NCBI GenBank assembly: GCA_965649825.1
Contig: OZ287696.1
Span: 2,263,724-2,327,723, forward strand
Direction: 5' to 3'
From: Penicillus capitatus
Lineage: Eukaryota > Plantae > Chlorophyta
Length of the DNA: 64,000 nt
Every line of letters begins with the position of its first letter. The first letter of the stretch is position 1. This document shows, piece after piece, positions 37,355-49,103 of this stretch. The position numbers were made by a program, and so were the translations under genes. The notes under the pieces were generated by a model, which did no database searches, was not told the origin of the DNA, and worked only from the letters and a program-made list of their open reading frames with translations.

Positions 37355-37432
37355 CGTGGTCGTGTTTCCTAGAAAGTTTGAAAACTTGACGCCAAAAGCT
37401 ATCGTGCAAGGGAAGTTTAATGAGAAGTGGCG

Positions 37433-38094
37433 AAAACCCTAATACGCGACAAAACCCTAACGCACGACGTCTTTTATACTCGCAAAATGGACTAATAGAA
37501 GATTTAATGGAAATCTGCGGTTAACTTAAAAAACTCTTATGGCGATTGGCTGATTCGACGACACTGTGATGGGACGTCTGCCTATTAATGTCAGCACATG
37601 CGGCAAAATCGACTGAGCCAGAAGCTTAGGTAGCTAACGCCTCAACCAAGAGGTCAGCTGGTGTTGTGTTTAGCCGTAACGCCCATGATAATGCGCTCAT
37701 CTACCTACACTTGTGTCGATCTCCAGGTGACAGGTCGTAGGTTCTCTATACCTTCCCATCCACAAATAGACCCGCGGCTCTACGTCACAGATTCCAAGCA
37801 GATTCCGGAATCTTCGAAGAATATTCCTCTTTGTTACTTAAAATAAAGTACCCTATAAAAGCGTTGTAGCTGTACAGATCTTGTCTTTCGTTTGCAAGAC
37901 TTTACGTTTTAAAAGGTCTACGTGCGCCCACCGTTCAAATTGTTTCATCTAAAACCCTACGCGACAACGGCCGACATCTAACCGTAGGACAGGAACGTCC
38001 AATCGCACTGTCGTCGAATCAGCCAATCCCACGAGAGTACAAAACCTAATTTTAGACATCAATAGTATATTAGGCACTTACGCAATAGGGTTTT
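37433..38094. promoter_or_regulatory. Divergent promoter region with mirrored CCAAT-containing motif and telo-box-like AAAACCCTA motifs
   Basis: GATTGGCTGATTCGACGACA-x-TG-x-GAT-x-GGACGT at 37544-37577 and its inverted copy at 37995-38028; AAAACCCTA at 37433, 37451, 37951 and inverted near 38086. Confidence 0.5.
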
Positions 38095-38188
38095 GTTACG
38101 TGTTTGGGTTTTGTGAATCCTCCGTAGAGTTCTCCTTAGGCAATACCTGTTGGCGTCGAGTTTCCATATCTTTCGAAACATTATCACG

Positions 38189-38857
38189 ATGAGTTTGTTT
38201 GCTTTGGTAATTCGGATTTTGACAGACCACACCCTGACAACGTTGGGCCAAGAAGTCATTGAACGGGAAAAGTACTGTGTTTTCTTCTACGACTTTGCAG
38301 TCTATTCTTCTGATATTTTGCGGACGCACGACAACCTAAACGTGCCAAGTAATATGAGCGCGCCCCTGTTCGTAAGTACAGAGATGCATCCGAGTAATGT
38401 GGCTTGGGGTTACGGAAGATGTGGAGAAGCGTTGACTCGTACGTGGGATCACTTTGCAACAGTCTTAAGGAATGCTTTGGCGACTATCATACACGCACAC
38501 ATTGACGAATTTGCAAATTTCAGAATTGCGATGTTCGCAAGATACATGTGGTCAGAGCTCAGCGCTCCTATCGAAGTGGTCCGCCGACGAGAGCGTATTA
38601 TCTCAACTGCCTTGGCAAACTTCATTATAAACGAAGCAATCGAGGCGCAGCCAACCGAGCCGGAGGAAGTGCATGTCCCTAAACGTCGTACGTGGTCCTT
38701 GACGTACGAAGAAGAATTGTCAAGAGAAAGAGAGGCGCGGCGTCACCATAATCTTCGGAACACGCGGGCTCGGGAAGAACGGCTGGCGAGGTTAAAAAAA
38801 GTGGGAGATTCAAAACAAAAGGTTAATAGTGGGGCAGGGAGTCAACCTAAGAGGTAA
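38189..38857 (+). CDS. Intronless orphan protein, right-arm paralog (~222 aa)
   Basis: Open frame starting MSLFALV, aligned with MSSFAFV of 36341-37354; lacks the acidic repeat. Confidence 0.72.
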   Translation: MSLFALVIRILTDHTLTTLGQEVIEREKYCVFFYDFAVYSSDILRTHDNLNVPSNMSAPLFVSTEMHPSNVAWGYGRCGEALTRTWDHFATVLRNALATIIHAHIDEFANFRIAMFARYMWSELSAPIEVVRRRERIISTALANFIINEAIEAQPTEPEEVHVPKRRTWSLTYEEELSREREARRHHNLRNTRAREERLARLKKVGDSKQKVNSGAGSQPKR

Positions 38858-39924
38858 CGTCGAAGTTGTCTGGTGCGTGGATTAGGATTTGCTGAAGGTT
38901 GGATCGGGCGCATTTGAGTGGAAGGCGAAGCTTTATTGCGACGGGCCGAAGCACGACGACCAAGGAATGCGAGCAGTGAAGAGCATGGGGTGATGATGGC
39001 AAAAAAGAACGATGATCAATGTGGGGCCACGTTCATTGCTTAAAGGCGGCGTGCTGACATAGAGTTCTACTATCTCCGTGGATCGACGCGAGTTTTTTGT
39101 GCGTCTTCGTAGGCAAAGTTTTTTTTTTTGTGTTTCCGTCGTTAAGCGCTCGTTTTTTTTTGCGGGTGTCATAAGCTCGTTGATTTTTCTCTCGTTTTTT
39201 GTTGCCTATGCAAACACACTTCGGGTGTTTTGCATGATTCTCTTTCTTCTAAAGAGCCGTAGTCCGTGGATGTTTTGTGTCGGTTGCGCCACGAAGCATT
39301 GCTTAGTAGTCAGCTTGAAGGAGACGTTGTGTTCTTGAGTCGAATGGCTGCTTGGGTTCGCGACGGGCATGCGTTGGATACGGGTATCATCAGGGATCCA
39401 TTCAAGGGCTTTGCATGTTCTCTATCCAAAAATTCACTGCTCGATGCCGTGGCTATTTCTCTGTCAAGACGAGTTCGTTCCGTATAAATCGAACTGGCTG
39501 GTTTTATTCGGATTTGTTGTTTTGGCCTGTTCTCTGTCAAGACGAGTTCGATCCGTATAAATCGAACCAAACCTGCGTATGTAATGGCATTTTCTATATT
39601 TCGCATAAGTTGTTATTCCACGCGCGTTGAAACGATTGGTTCTCTTTTGGGCAACACTCCTTAGATCATCTCCGATTCTGGTACGTGTATCATGTATAGC
39701 TTAGTTGACCACCCCGTGCGCCGCCCATGCAGTAAAAGAAGTCCGCTGTGTCAATAACAGAGTTTTACGTCCATCTCAGGAAACCGACCGTATGCGCTAT
39801 TCTGCCGGACACGACAGTATCTTTAAAGATGCAGTATCACAACTGCAGCCTCGTCTTGTCAAAAGAGGACATACATATCTCATGCTTGGCGAAGAATCGG
39901 CTGATGGCAGACTTGCGAATGCCA

Positions 39925-41983
39925 CTACAGTTCATCTTTCACCGCAGAAACATGGAGATGCGTTTCACTATTGTTTTTCGAGCGAAAGAGGTAAGGGAAG
40001 GGTCTCAGAGGAATGAATCTCCCTGTTTCTGGTTTGACATTTAGCTTTTCATTCTCCCACACGATGCGGCCTCGGCTAATAGTCACCACAACCTATGTAG
40101 GTAATGAAGGGTGGTTATGAGTCGATCCTTTGCATGACACTAGCAAACCTCGCCCCTTATCTTCTTCCCTTCGTAGATGTTGGTGTCCATAGTGGACTGT
40201 TGATGGGCAGCTCGAATAACGTGTTCTTTTCGTGGGTCGAATAAAATCACATCGGCATCCGATCCCTCTTCGATCACTCCCTTTCGCGGATAGAGATTGA
40301 AAATCTTTGCCGCTTGAGTGCTGGTCACACGAACAAACTCCATGGGATGCATCATCCCTGCAGCATGACACCCTTGTCCTTGAGTTGCCTGAGGGCAATG
40401 ACGACCTGAATTGACCATCTCTTCCCATACGACGTGCATGCGCTCCTCGATGCCATTCACTCCATTGGGAATGTCGCGGAAATCGTGGCGCCCCACTGCT
40501 TTCTGGGTCGTGTTGAAGACGGCATGGTCTGTTCCAACGAGATCAAGAACACTTCCTACTAAGGCCTTCCTTAATGCCTCTTTGTCAGCATCTTCCCTAG
40601 AAACAGAAAATCGACACGGCGCCCGTATATTGCGGAAGAACAGGCTACCGTATAGGAGGACTCATCACGTACTGTGCAGCAGTCTTGAAATCTGGATCAC
40701 GGATTTTGTGTCCATTCATCGAGAGCCCAACGCAAAGAGCTTCCCCGATGAGGGGCTGACCTTTGAGTTTGGCACGGTGAATCTGCGAAGACACGAGCAG
40801 TACATAGGAATGGCATTTTTCGAAAGACTGTTACCTCAATCATGGCGTCTTCGCACGTCACATGGACAACGTAGAGGGGGACATCAATGTATGACGCTAG
40901 ACGGATGGCTCTGTGCGTTGCTTCTGCTTCCAAGACTGCAGGACGCGAGAGAGCATGGCCAACAGGAGCTGTGATTCCTGCCTTGTATATACGATCCTGT
41001 CCTAGAGCGACAGCATCTCCATTCTCTGCGTGCACCTGAAACCATTCGCCCTTGTTAATGAATCAAAATGCCAATGCAGTGCATGACCATCGGCAAAGCG
41101 CCCAGTTCTTTGCAGCGATCGAATCCGAACAGCAACTCTTCATCTGTCACCATCAATGACCCCTGCAAAGCGATGAAGGCAAGAAAGGAAACGGGGATTC
41201 TGGCAGCGACTTTGTAGGCCATGAAGAATTTGAATGAATTGATGCCGGCGTTGACTAATGTCTCCATATCTTGCGAAACCTGTCGCTTATGCTGTCCCCA
41301 TTTGTGCCTTTTCTTAGAGGGATAGATAACCTTGTCATTCCATTTTGTAACAGCCATGTGGAATCCATAGTCCATACAGCTTTTCTTCGATTTCTCCTGC
41401 AGAACGACCATCACGATTGCTGGATGGGTCAGGAATGGAGATACCGTACTTTATAGTTTTGGAATCCCTGTAGCAGATCGCCATCGTTTGGCATAGCGAA
41501 GTCGATGTGCATCGTCGTCCCTCCTGCCAATGCCGCAGCCTAAGAGCCAATAGAGATGCATGTCTTCTTTTGTTTCTCCTCTCTTTTGACTTGGCCAAAA
41601 AAGAAATCGTCACAGGCAATCTGACCCATAAAGAACATTTCCAGATGCGTATGTGGATCAATGCCTCCGGGCATGACAAACAAACCCTCTGCATCAAGAA
41701 CCCGAACGTCCTCTTCCACAACCTGTACGACACTTCGACGATAAACGATGGTTTCCCTTCCATCCTATCGACGGCCGACCTCTAACGACGGGGCCACTTT
41801 CGTAATCAACCCCTCTTCGATAAACACATCCGCACGAAACTGGCGATCCGCATTGACGACGATTCCATTCTAACAGATCACTGTGCAGTGTCGCACATGG
41901 AATGACGATTCTACTTTGATAAGAATCGCCCCGTGTGCAACAGAGAAGAGGAGTAAGATGAAGCTGCACACCGACAGACACAT
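39925..41983 (-). CDS. PYD2: Dihydropyrimidinase, 11 introns, signal peptide and C-terminal KDEL
   Basis: PGGIDPHTHL, AAALAGGTTMHIDF, GINSFKFFMAYK, VHAENG, GTDHAVF, IPNGVNGIEERM, IFNLYPRKG...GSDAD; ends VKDEL-TAG. Confidence 0.95.
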
Positions 41984-42034
41984 CGTTAAGGACTGAATGA
42001 TGATCATCTGACCAAATCTGATCAGAAAGGAAAG

Positions 42035-43043
42035 ATGCAGCACTCCTCCGTCGCTTGTCGCAAGACGCCGAGCGATGTGCCGATCAGCGGCATTACACCA
42101 CTCGTTCGTTTCAGAACCTCCTCTCACCTCTGTGCAGCGCACAAGGTCACGCGCATCATGAAATCGACCTCCTGTCGAACTGTCCCGAACAGAGTACGGG
42201 CGAGAGTGGCCTACAGCGACCGAGTCAAGTTCTCGCCGGAACGGCAGCGGCGCTCTCCTTGACACTGGGCACTTTTTCGGGGACAGCACTGGCTGGAGAA
42301 TTTGACATTCTCACCGAAGCGACACCCACGGAGAAGTTTGTCCTGGACGACGCTTCCGTTTTGAGCAGAAACACGCGAGGCACTCTCAATTCTAAACTGC
42401 AATCCCTCGAAGTTCGTCGATCTCTGTTCGCTTCTCTCAAACTTAAGGGACGTGTAGGAAACCACAGGCTACCGACTGGAGGTGGCGACAGTGCGACGAC
42501 TGGAGTTTGAGCCAGATCCTTTTGCATTTGGAGACAAAGTGTGACATCGAATGCCTTGTGTGTGAAAGCGTCATCTTCAAGAATGTAGGTCATTGAGAAA
42601 TGGTATCCCAAGGTGGAAGATGGAACGAACAAAGGCATCTTGTTAGTTGTGACTGCCAGCAAAGACGGAGCATTGACTGGGGGTCCGAACTTTATGAAGG
42701 CAGTCGGAGATCCTCTCATCGACAGTATCATCTCGAACGATATCCCCATTCTCACGGAGCAAGAAAAATTCAACGAAGCGGTGCTAGAATGTGTCAACCG
42801 TGTGGATGCCGTTCTCAGAGGGCAAGCGGATCCAGGTCATCTCACAACGGAGGGATCGCGAATGGGTCATGTGTGAGCATAGGCGGGCCTGTTCGCGAAG
42901 AGAAGGCACGAAAACGAACGTATAAGACGAAGAAGGAGACGGCGAAGTCGAAGAATATCACTTCGACGCTGGTGGTCACTCTGCTTTTCATTTCTGTCGT
43001 TGTTCCAATGTTGCAGTACTATGGTTACACATCAAAAGAATGA
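42035..43043 (+). CDS. TLP18.3: Thylakoid lumen TPM-domain protein TLP18.3/Psb32, 4 introns
   Basis: Bipartite transit peptide ending ALA-GEFDIL, LDDASVLS, KWYPKVEDGTNKGILLVVT..DGALTGG, C-terminal helix VVPMLQYYGY. Confidence 0.9.
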
Positions 43044-43132
43044 GAAGATCTTTCCTTTTTGTCGACATCCGTATTTTGCCTTTACGAAATTTTGATTTGA
43101 CAGATGTCGTTCTTTTCACGACCCACTCTCTT

Positions 43133-43484
43133 CTACTGTCCTCGGCGATAGCATCGTCTCCTGCGCCGTCCAAGATTCAGAGAGCGACCAAAAGAAGTGA
43201 GATGACAGACAATGTACGTTGGTTCTTCGATGAATCTTGACCAAAGATAGCAACAGCAAGGAATGCAAAACACAGGACTCACAATCGCCAACGCCAACAG
43301 CATCTTCCTTCGTGCCTATCAGAGAAATTAAGCGTGGCATCGCGACGTTCCTCCTTTTTCATATGTGGCAGACTTTATCATCGCGGTGTTCGTCATGGAT
43401 GTCGTCGATCTCTTGCGCAGAGATGACGTGCCACGCACATGCGCTGATCCACGTCCAGATCAACAGAGGAATCTCTCTGCTCAT
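43133..43484 (-). CDS. Small type-I membrane protein (signal peptide, acidic ectodomain, Cys-rich TM end, basic tail), 1 intron
   Basis: Spliced MSREIPLLIWTWISACAWHVISAQEIDDIHDEHRDDK|ARRKMLLALAIVSPVFCIPCCCYLWSR...RRRRRCYRRGQ; no family recognised. Confidence 0.45.
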
Positions 43485-43575
43485 GGTCGAGGCGATCCCG
43501 ATCGCGTGTGCGACGTTTCGTTCGCGATAGACGTCATGTCGCCAAGATGAGACGCATTTACCAAGGGGCGTTTGA

Positions 43576-44052
43576 TTAACCTGGCGGCCATTTCATTTGG
43601 CGTCCTCCCAAAACATGCAAATGCAAATGATAGACAGCCTGACATCCAGCCGGGCCATCATTGATGACCACACGATATCCATCTTCAGATATCCCTTTTA
43701 GTTTTGCTACGCGCTGAGCGGTGAACATCAAATGTCCAAGGATCGCTTCGTGACGCTCTTCGGCTTTACAGAGCTGCGTTAGACCATCGCGTTTCTTCGG
43801 AATGACGAGGACGTGAACAGGCGCCTGAGGATTGATATCGTCAAAAGCGAGACACGCATCATCTTCGTAGACAACGGACGCCGGGATCTCCTTCGCGATG
43901 ATTTTGTCGAAGATCGTTGGGGCCGAACGATCCGTCACTTCATGCGCTGCCTTCTCTTCCGACGACATCGTGGTCAATCGCCTTCGTGGCGGACGTCGTG
44001 GATGGAGGTGATGCAAAGTGGAGAATCGAAGCGCTGTCAGCTGACGGAACAT
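43576..44052 (-). CDS. HINT: HIT-family nucleotide hydrolase (HINT), N-terminal targeting peptide
   Basis: [45 protein letters not shown]. Confidence 0.95.
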   Translation of the reverse strand: MFRQLTALRFSTLHHLHPRRPPRRRLTTMSSEEKAAHEVTDRSAPTIFDKIIAKEIPASVVYEDDACLAFDDINPQAPVHVLVIPKKRDGLTQLCKAEERHEAILGHLMFTAQRVAKLKGISEDGYRVVINDGPAGCQAVYHLHLHVLGGRQMKWPPG

Positions 44053-44117
44053 GGCACCATCGACAGAGGGATGTTCGTACGTTCGCGGTCATCTCTTCTG
44101 TCTGAAGGTCCATAATA

Positions 44118-45797
44118 ATGTCAGAGCCCGTGGCAAAAAGAATGGAGCACGCGAAAAACGATAAAGCCGAAGCAATTGTTCGAATGCTCGAAGAAAGGGC
44201 AACGCGCGAGAAGGAAAAGAAAGAAGACGAACGTCAACGCCGGGCCAAGGTGGAGAGAGAGGCAAAGGAAAGACGGCGTTCGCATTCACGGTCACCACGG
44301 AGACGCCGTCGTTCGCGTTCGCCGCGTCGTGCGCGTCATCGACCGCGTTCGCGTGACCGACGACGTCGTTCTCGCAGCCGTCGTCGTCACCGGTAAACCG
44401 GAACAAAGGGTAGACTCTTTGGTCGTATCTGTTTTCTGTCGGTCGCAGTTCCACCAGTAGGCGCCGCCGTCGTCGCCGTACCAACTCTCCCGGCAGTCGC
44501 AGCAGTAGTCGCAGTATCGAATACGGAGGCTACATTCCACGCCGTCGAACAATGCCGTCAGGTAAGCAGCAAAGATATCCATAGGGAACAAATAAACACG
44601 TCATGGAGAGGGAGCCTGTGCAGTGGTGGATGGATGGTGTGTGTGATGTAGGGTTTGATGATGCATCGAAGGATATGACTTCCCAAGCCTATTCTTTGCA
44701 AGATCTGAGTCGGTTGCAGCAGGTAACTGAATTGCGTAAGGGATTGGGTGTCGTGAATTGGTGGTTAAAAATCGATTTGCTATTCAGGCAGGAATTGCCG
44801 TGCGATTGATGTTCCGGATTTGAATTCGATCTTCGTGTTTTGATATGATGCGTGTTTTTGCGTACGTGGCATTCTCACTTCTCATTCTTCTTCTGCTGAA
44901 ATGTGTGTCCGGACAGGGATTTTCCCCACTACCTTGCCCAACACGACAGGTTCTTTATGTCATGATCTTTGGGGCCGAGGATGCGAGTAAGAGTCATTGT
45001 GTGCAGGTCTATGTTGGCAATTTGGTTCCTGGATTGGTCTCGGACATGACACTGAGACAGTTATTCAATTCTGCACTGGCAGCTGCTTATCCCAATTGCT
45101 CTCGGCCTGGATCGGAGCCTGTCGTCAGCGTCTCTATGCACTCTGATGGACGTTATGCATTTGTCGAGTTGAGATCTCCCGATATGGCAACAGCTGCTCT
45201 TCAGTTGAGCGGGCAAGTTCAGCTGTTTGGTCAATCGATCTCGGTTGGCCGTCCAAGTGGATATGTGGATCCAGGCAAAGCTGCTGCAGCAGCACAGGCA
45301 GCCGCAGTTGCATTGGCCGCTTTCAACAAGGGAGAGGTATCTGCTCAACAGACCTTTGGAGGTGTCAGCGTACAGCAACCACAGTCCATAGGACAAATGA
45401 TTGCAACGTCATCTATGGGCAGTCCTGCCTCTGCTTTTATCTCTATCGAAGGACTCATCGATCTCAAAATGCTGAGCAGCAATCAAGCTTACGCCGAGGT
45501 CTGTTGGTGCGTTCGAGTATCTGAGAGATAAGCAAGCTGTTGCTGCAGATTGTTCGGAATTTGAGAAATGAATGTGTCAAATACGGTCAGATGATCCAGT
45601 TGAAGATTCCGCGTCCAGCGGATCCAGGGATGGCCAAGGTACTATTTAATACAGGATTCTATGGGAAGGCATTTGTTCAGTTTGCTGACGCTTCCATTGC
45701 TATGAGAGCAAAAGAAGGCCTCATGAGTATGGCCACTGGCGATAAAAATCTTGTCATCAATTATGTCTCTCAAGAAGTCTTCAGTGCAATTCTTTGA
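44118..45797 (+). CDS. U2AF large-subunit-like splicing factor (RS domain, one RRM, C-terminal UHM-like domain)
   Basis: RS repeats; TRQ|VYVGNL...YAFVELR...GRPSGY; LRNECVKYG...IPRP...GKAFVQF; introns include a 194-nt one (44723-44916). Confidence 0.8.
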
Positions 45798-45815
45798 AAA
45801 AAAGCTATTCAACAT

Positions 45816-48800
45816 CTAATCCCGTATGGCCTCCGCTATCTGAGGACGATCAATATTTCCAAAACAGATGGGGTCGATTCTTATGCGCCTGCCTTTGTGT
45901 TAGTCGTTTCTCGAGATTTGAAATGAGATGGTCCTTAATGGCAGAAATCTGCAACACATCTTTCATCTTTTCTTCCAAATTGGATACCTGCTTCCAGGCA
46001 GCAGTCAGCTCAGAACGCATCTACGGATGACTCTTTTGTGCCACGGATAGGTTTCAGAGATCTTTACTTGTCCTCTGGTTTTCGAGAACAGAGGAGTGCG
46101 ATGTGTGTCGTAGCTCTCGGGTTGTTGTTCATTGGACAGACATCGCTGAGGACCGGAGCAATGCCATCCGATGTCCTCTGGCTGAGTGCTCCTGCCATCT
46201 TCTCCCAAGCGCATCGTCATTGGACGCACAGGAGCTGCATCGCTGTGTAAGGATGCCACTCTTTCCTTTAGCACAACCATAGCAATCTCTGGCCAAGCCA
46301 GTAGATATCACACATACATAAAGAGTATCCATCTCATCAAGAGCATTTTTCAGAGTGCACTGCAATTCAGAGAGATCGAAGGAACTGCTGCTCTCATTTC
46401 TCTTTTCTGCCTCTGTCCTTTCCTGTGACGCAAAACAGGATCTGGATGAGAACGTGTGGTGGCTCTACTGGTCGAAAGGCTGGATTCGAGTCTCTTTGCC
46501 GACCAGCGTTCAGATCTTCACTGAGCGCCTCGATCGTTCGTGTCTGCTCTCTGCTAACCTCTTGCTGTCTTTTTAGTTCCTTTTCCAGGCATCGAATAAG
46601 AAGATCACCACTGCGAGATGCACTTGCAAACTCGACATCTCTTGAACGGGTCAGAGACGTGTCTGCAGAGTTTTGCATTTCGACTGTCATTGTCCCTGTT
46701 GAACAGGTCTTTCGACAACGTGCATCGATCCGATCCCGTCTGATCTCATCTTTTCTCTTTGCTCTATGGGAGAGGGTCTGCATCGTTGTCTTATCTGGAC
46801 ATAGGCCTGCTCTAGACATAGCCTTATTTTCGTGCTGTTGGATCTCTGTTTTGTAACGGAGCTGTTGAATCGCATCGTGCCTCCGACGTCGTATGTGATC
46901 CATCGTTGCACGCTCCTTCTGAAGCGCAGCTAATGTGTGTTCGAGGTCATGTTGTTGCTTCTCGAGAGCCCTGATCTCTTTCTTCTGTTCCTTGCCTTGT
47001 GCAACCACTGTCTTTAACATGTCCTTTTTGGTCTCCAATTCCCCAGTGAATGTTTCTTTCTGCTTCTGTAGCTCCTGGAGTTCTGAAAGATGGCCATTCA
47101 ATTTCTCCTGCAGCGTTTCTAATTGTCCATCTGCGTCCCGTTGCTCCTTCTTCAGACAGCGATACGTCTCGTCATGCTCAAGAATCTCTCGTCTTTGAAT
47201 GGCGATCTGTTCTTCTCGTGTTCGAATCCAGTCGTTGGTTTCGCGTTGTTGTGACCGCAGTCGTTGCACCTTCTCTGAGAGCTTCCTGCCCTCGGCCTCC
47301 AAATCTACTTTGCTGCTGTTCAGCGCAGGTATGTCTTGCAAGAGAGACTGAATCTCCATCTCCAATTTGCATTTCTTCTCGGCAAGAGTCTCAATCCTTC
47401 GACGAACGATCGCCGATTCCTTGCTTCTGTCTTCGACTCGAGCAGAGAGCTCTGAGACCTGACTTGACAAAGAGGCCTGTCGATTGAGCAGTTCCCCAAT
47501 ATCTTGTTCGTTATTGAAAAGCAGCTTCTGCTGCCGAGAAACCACGAACGGCTGAAACGCCATTGTTTCTTTCAACGGTCGATGCCGAGAGATCCTCCAC
47601 TGCAGAGAATGAGCGTATTCTGTGATCTCTCGCTCGGATCCATGCGAAAGAGATCGAGTCAGCCATCTTCCATTTCTAAGGGCAAGATCGTCTCGAAAGC
47701 AATCGGCCCATGACGTCTTCGTTTTCGGCACGTGCTGCGTTTCCAAGTTGAGATCTGCAATCACTTGTCTTTGTCGTTCGACAGGGCACACATGGCAAGA
47801 TGCAAAGTGCTCAAAAAACCTTCCGTTCATGCAGATCACCCGTCTTCTCAACACCTCGAGCTCCACCTCCAGACAAACCCCATCTCTCTCGGATTTCGTC
47901 CTCTCTTCCTCAACAGACGGACTGGATGGAACGCTCAAAGATTTCTGAAGGATAGGTGCCATACGCAGGCAAGTATCTTATGCATTAGACAAAGGAAGCA
48001 ACGACAGACGTACTTTCGCTGTCTGAACAGCAGCGTCAATGGTTTGATGATCTTCCATTGCCTCAGAGAGGTGTCTCGGCAACTCAGCTGCATCGATCTG
48101 CGGATCACGGTCGACGTGTTGCGTCTCCGTCACAGGCTTCGGCATTTCATCGTGGATTTCATCTGTTTGTTTGGGGACTGATGGTGGATGTCGAGCTTCT
48201 GAATGCTCGTTTGGATGATCTGCTGAAGTCTGAGGAGATGTCGAGGAGAATCCTTCACCCAGTTGCGACTGCAATGCATCCATGCTCACGATCACCTCGC
48301 TCAGTTCTGGATTCGTCTCTAATTCCGCCGACGACGGATCAGAGGGATCCATCTCTTGTTCACTCTTTTCATCGGAATCCGTCAAATACTGACAGAGATG
48401 TTCGTATTCTTGCAGCAGAGCATTGTAGTTTGCTCCCAGTTCAGATTCGCGTCGTCGCAAATTCTCAATCTGCACTTCGTGTTGTTGGACCTGATGCTTC
48501 AGAGACCGATTCTCAATGTTGCATTGCTCAAGCTGACGAAGGACATCTGTATCCAGAGCAGAAGACGATTGAGCCATCTCCACTGCATCGCACTCTCAAC
48601 TTAACGACCATACATGAGCACGGACATACCCGTTTGTCGCAGATGATGCACCAAGCCCTGAATGACCTGATCCATCCACAGAAGACACTCTTTCGTGGAG
48701 TTACGGTGCAGCGATCCATCCTCCAATCCCGCAATCAAATGTGCCACCTCAGGAGACAGCACTTGGACATTCTGTCCAGATGATCACTCTCGAGAGAATG

Positions 48801-49103
48801 ATCGAAGGTTGAACGCATGCTGGCCTCGATGGCATTGATGAGGTGCGTCTGGGCTGTGTGGAGTCGCACGTGCACGTCGTCATTAGACTGCTGCAGTTTC
48901 GCACAGAGTGACTGGAGTTGCTGGACTGCTCCCCTTTGCTTCTCCTCTTTCTCTGACATCCACTTCACAGCCTTTCTCAATTCACTCTCCCTGCATGCAT
49001 GACAGACATCTCATTGGCGACGGCGATGAGCAACAGGCCGCAACGAAGCCAATGCATTCGAAAGGCGTTCTTGGAGGTCATTGACGAGTGTCTCTTGCTC
49101 CAT
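45816..49103 (-). CDS. Long coiled-coil hypothetical protein, multi-exon
   Basis: ORFs 48735-48980, 47978-48583, 46394-47962, 46129-46365 and 46005-46280 join via short introns (two GC-AG: 48991-49038, 48772-48824); heptad-rich sequence. Confidence 0.7.

Larger units (their letters stand above)
35165..39632. repeat. 4.5-kb imperfect palindrome (arms ~35165-37650 and ~37900-39632)
   Basis: Reverse complement of 39632-37900 aligns in order with 35165-37650: end motif, sub-terminal tandem repeats, degenerate inward ORF, orphan ORF, promoter motif. Confidence 0.85.

Noticed and set aside
37433-37460. Telomere or interstitial telomeric array
   Set aside because: Only isolated AAAACCCTA motifs, not tandem arrays; kept as a possible promoter motif.
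44723-44916. Box C/D or H/ACA snoRNA in the 194-nt intron
   Set aside because: No proper RUGAUGA box, no terminal ACA with two hairpins, and no recognisable rRNA complement.
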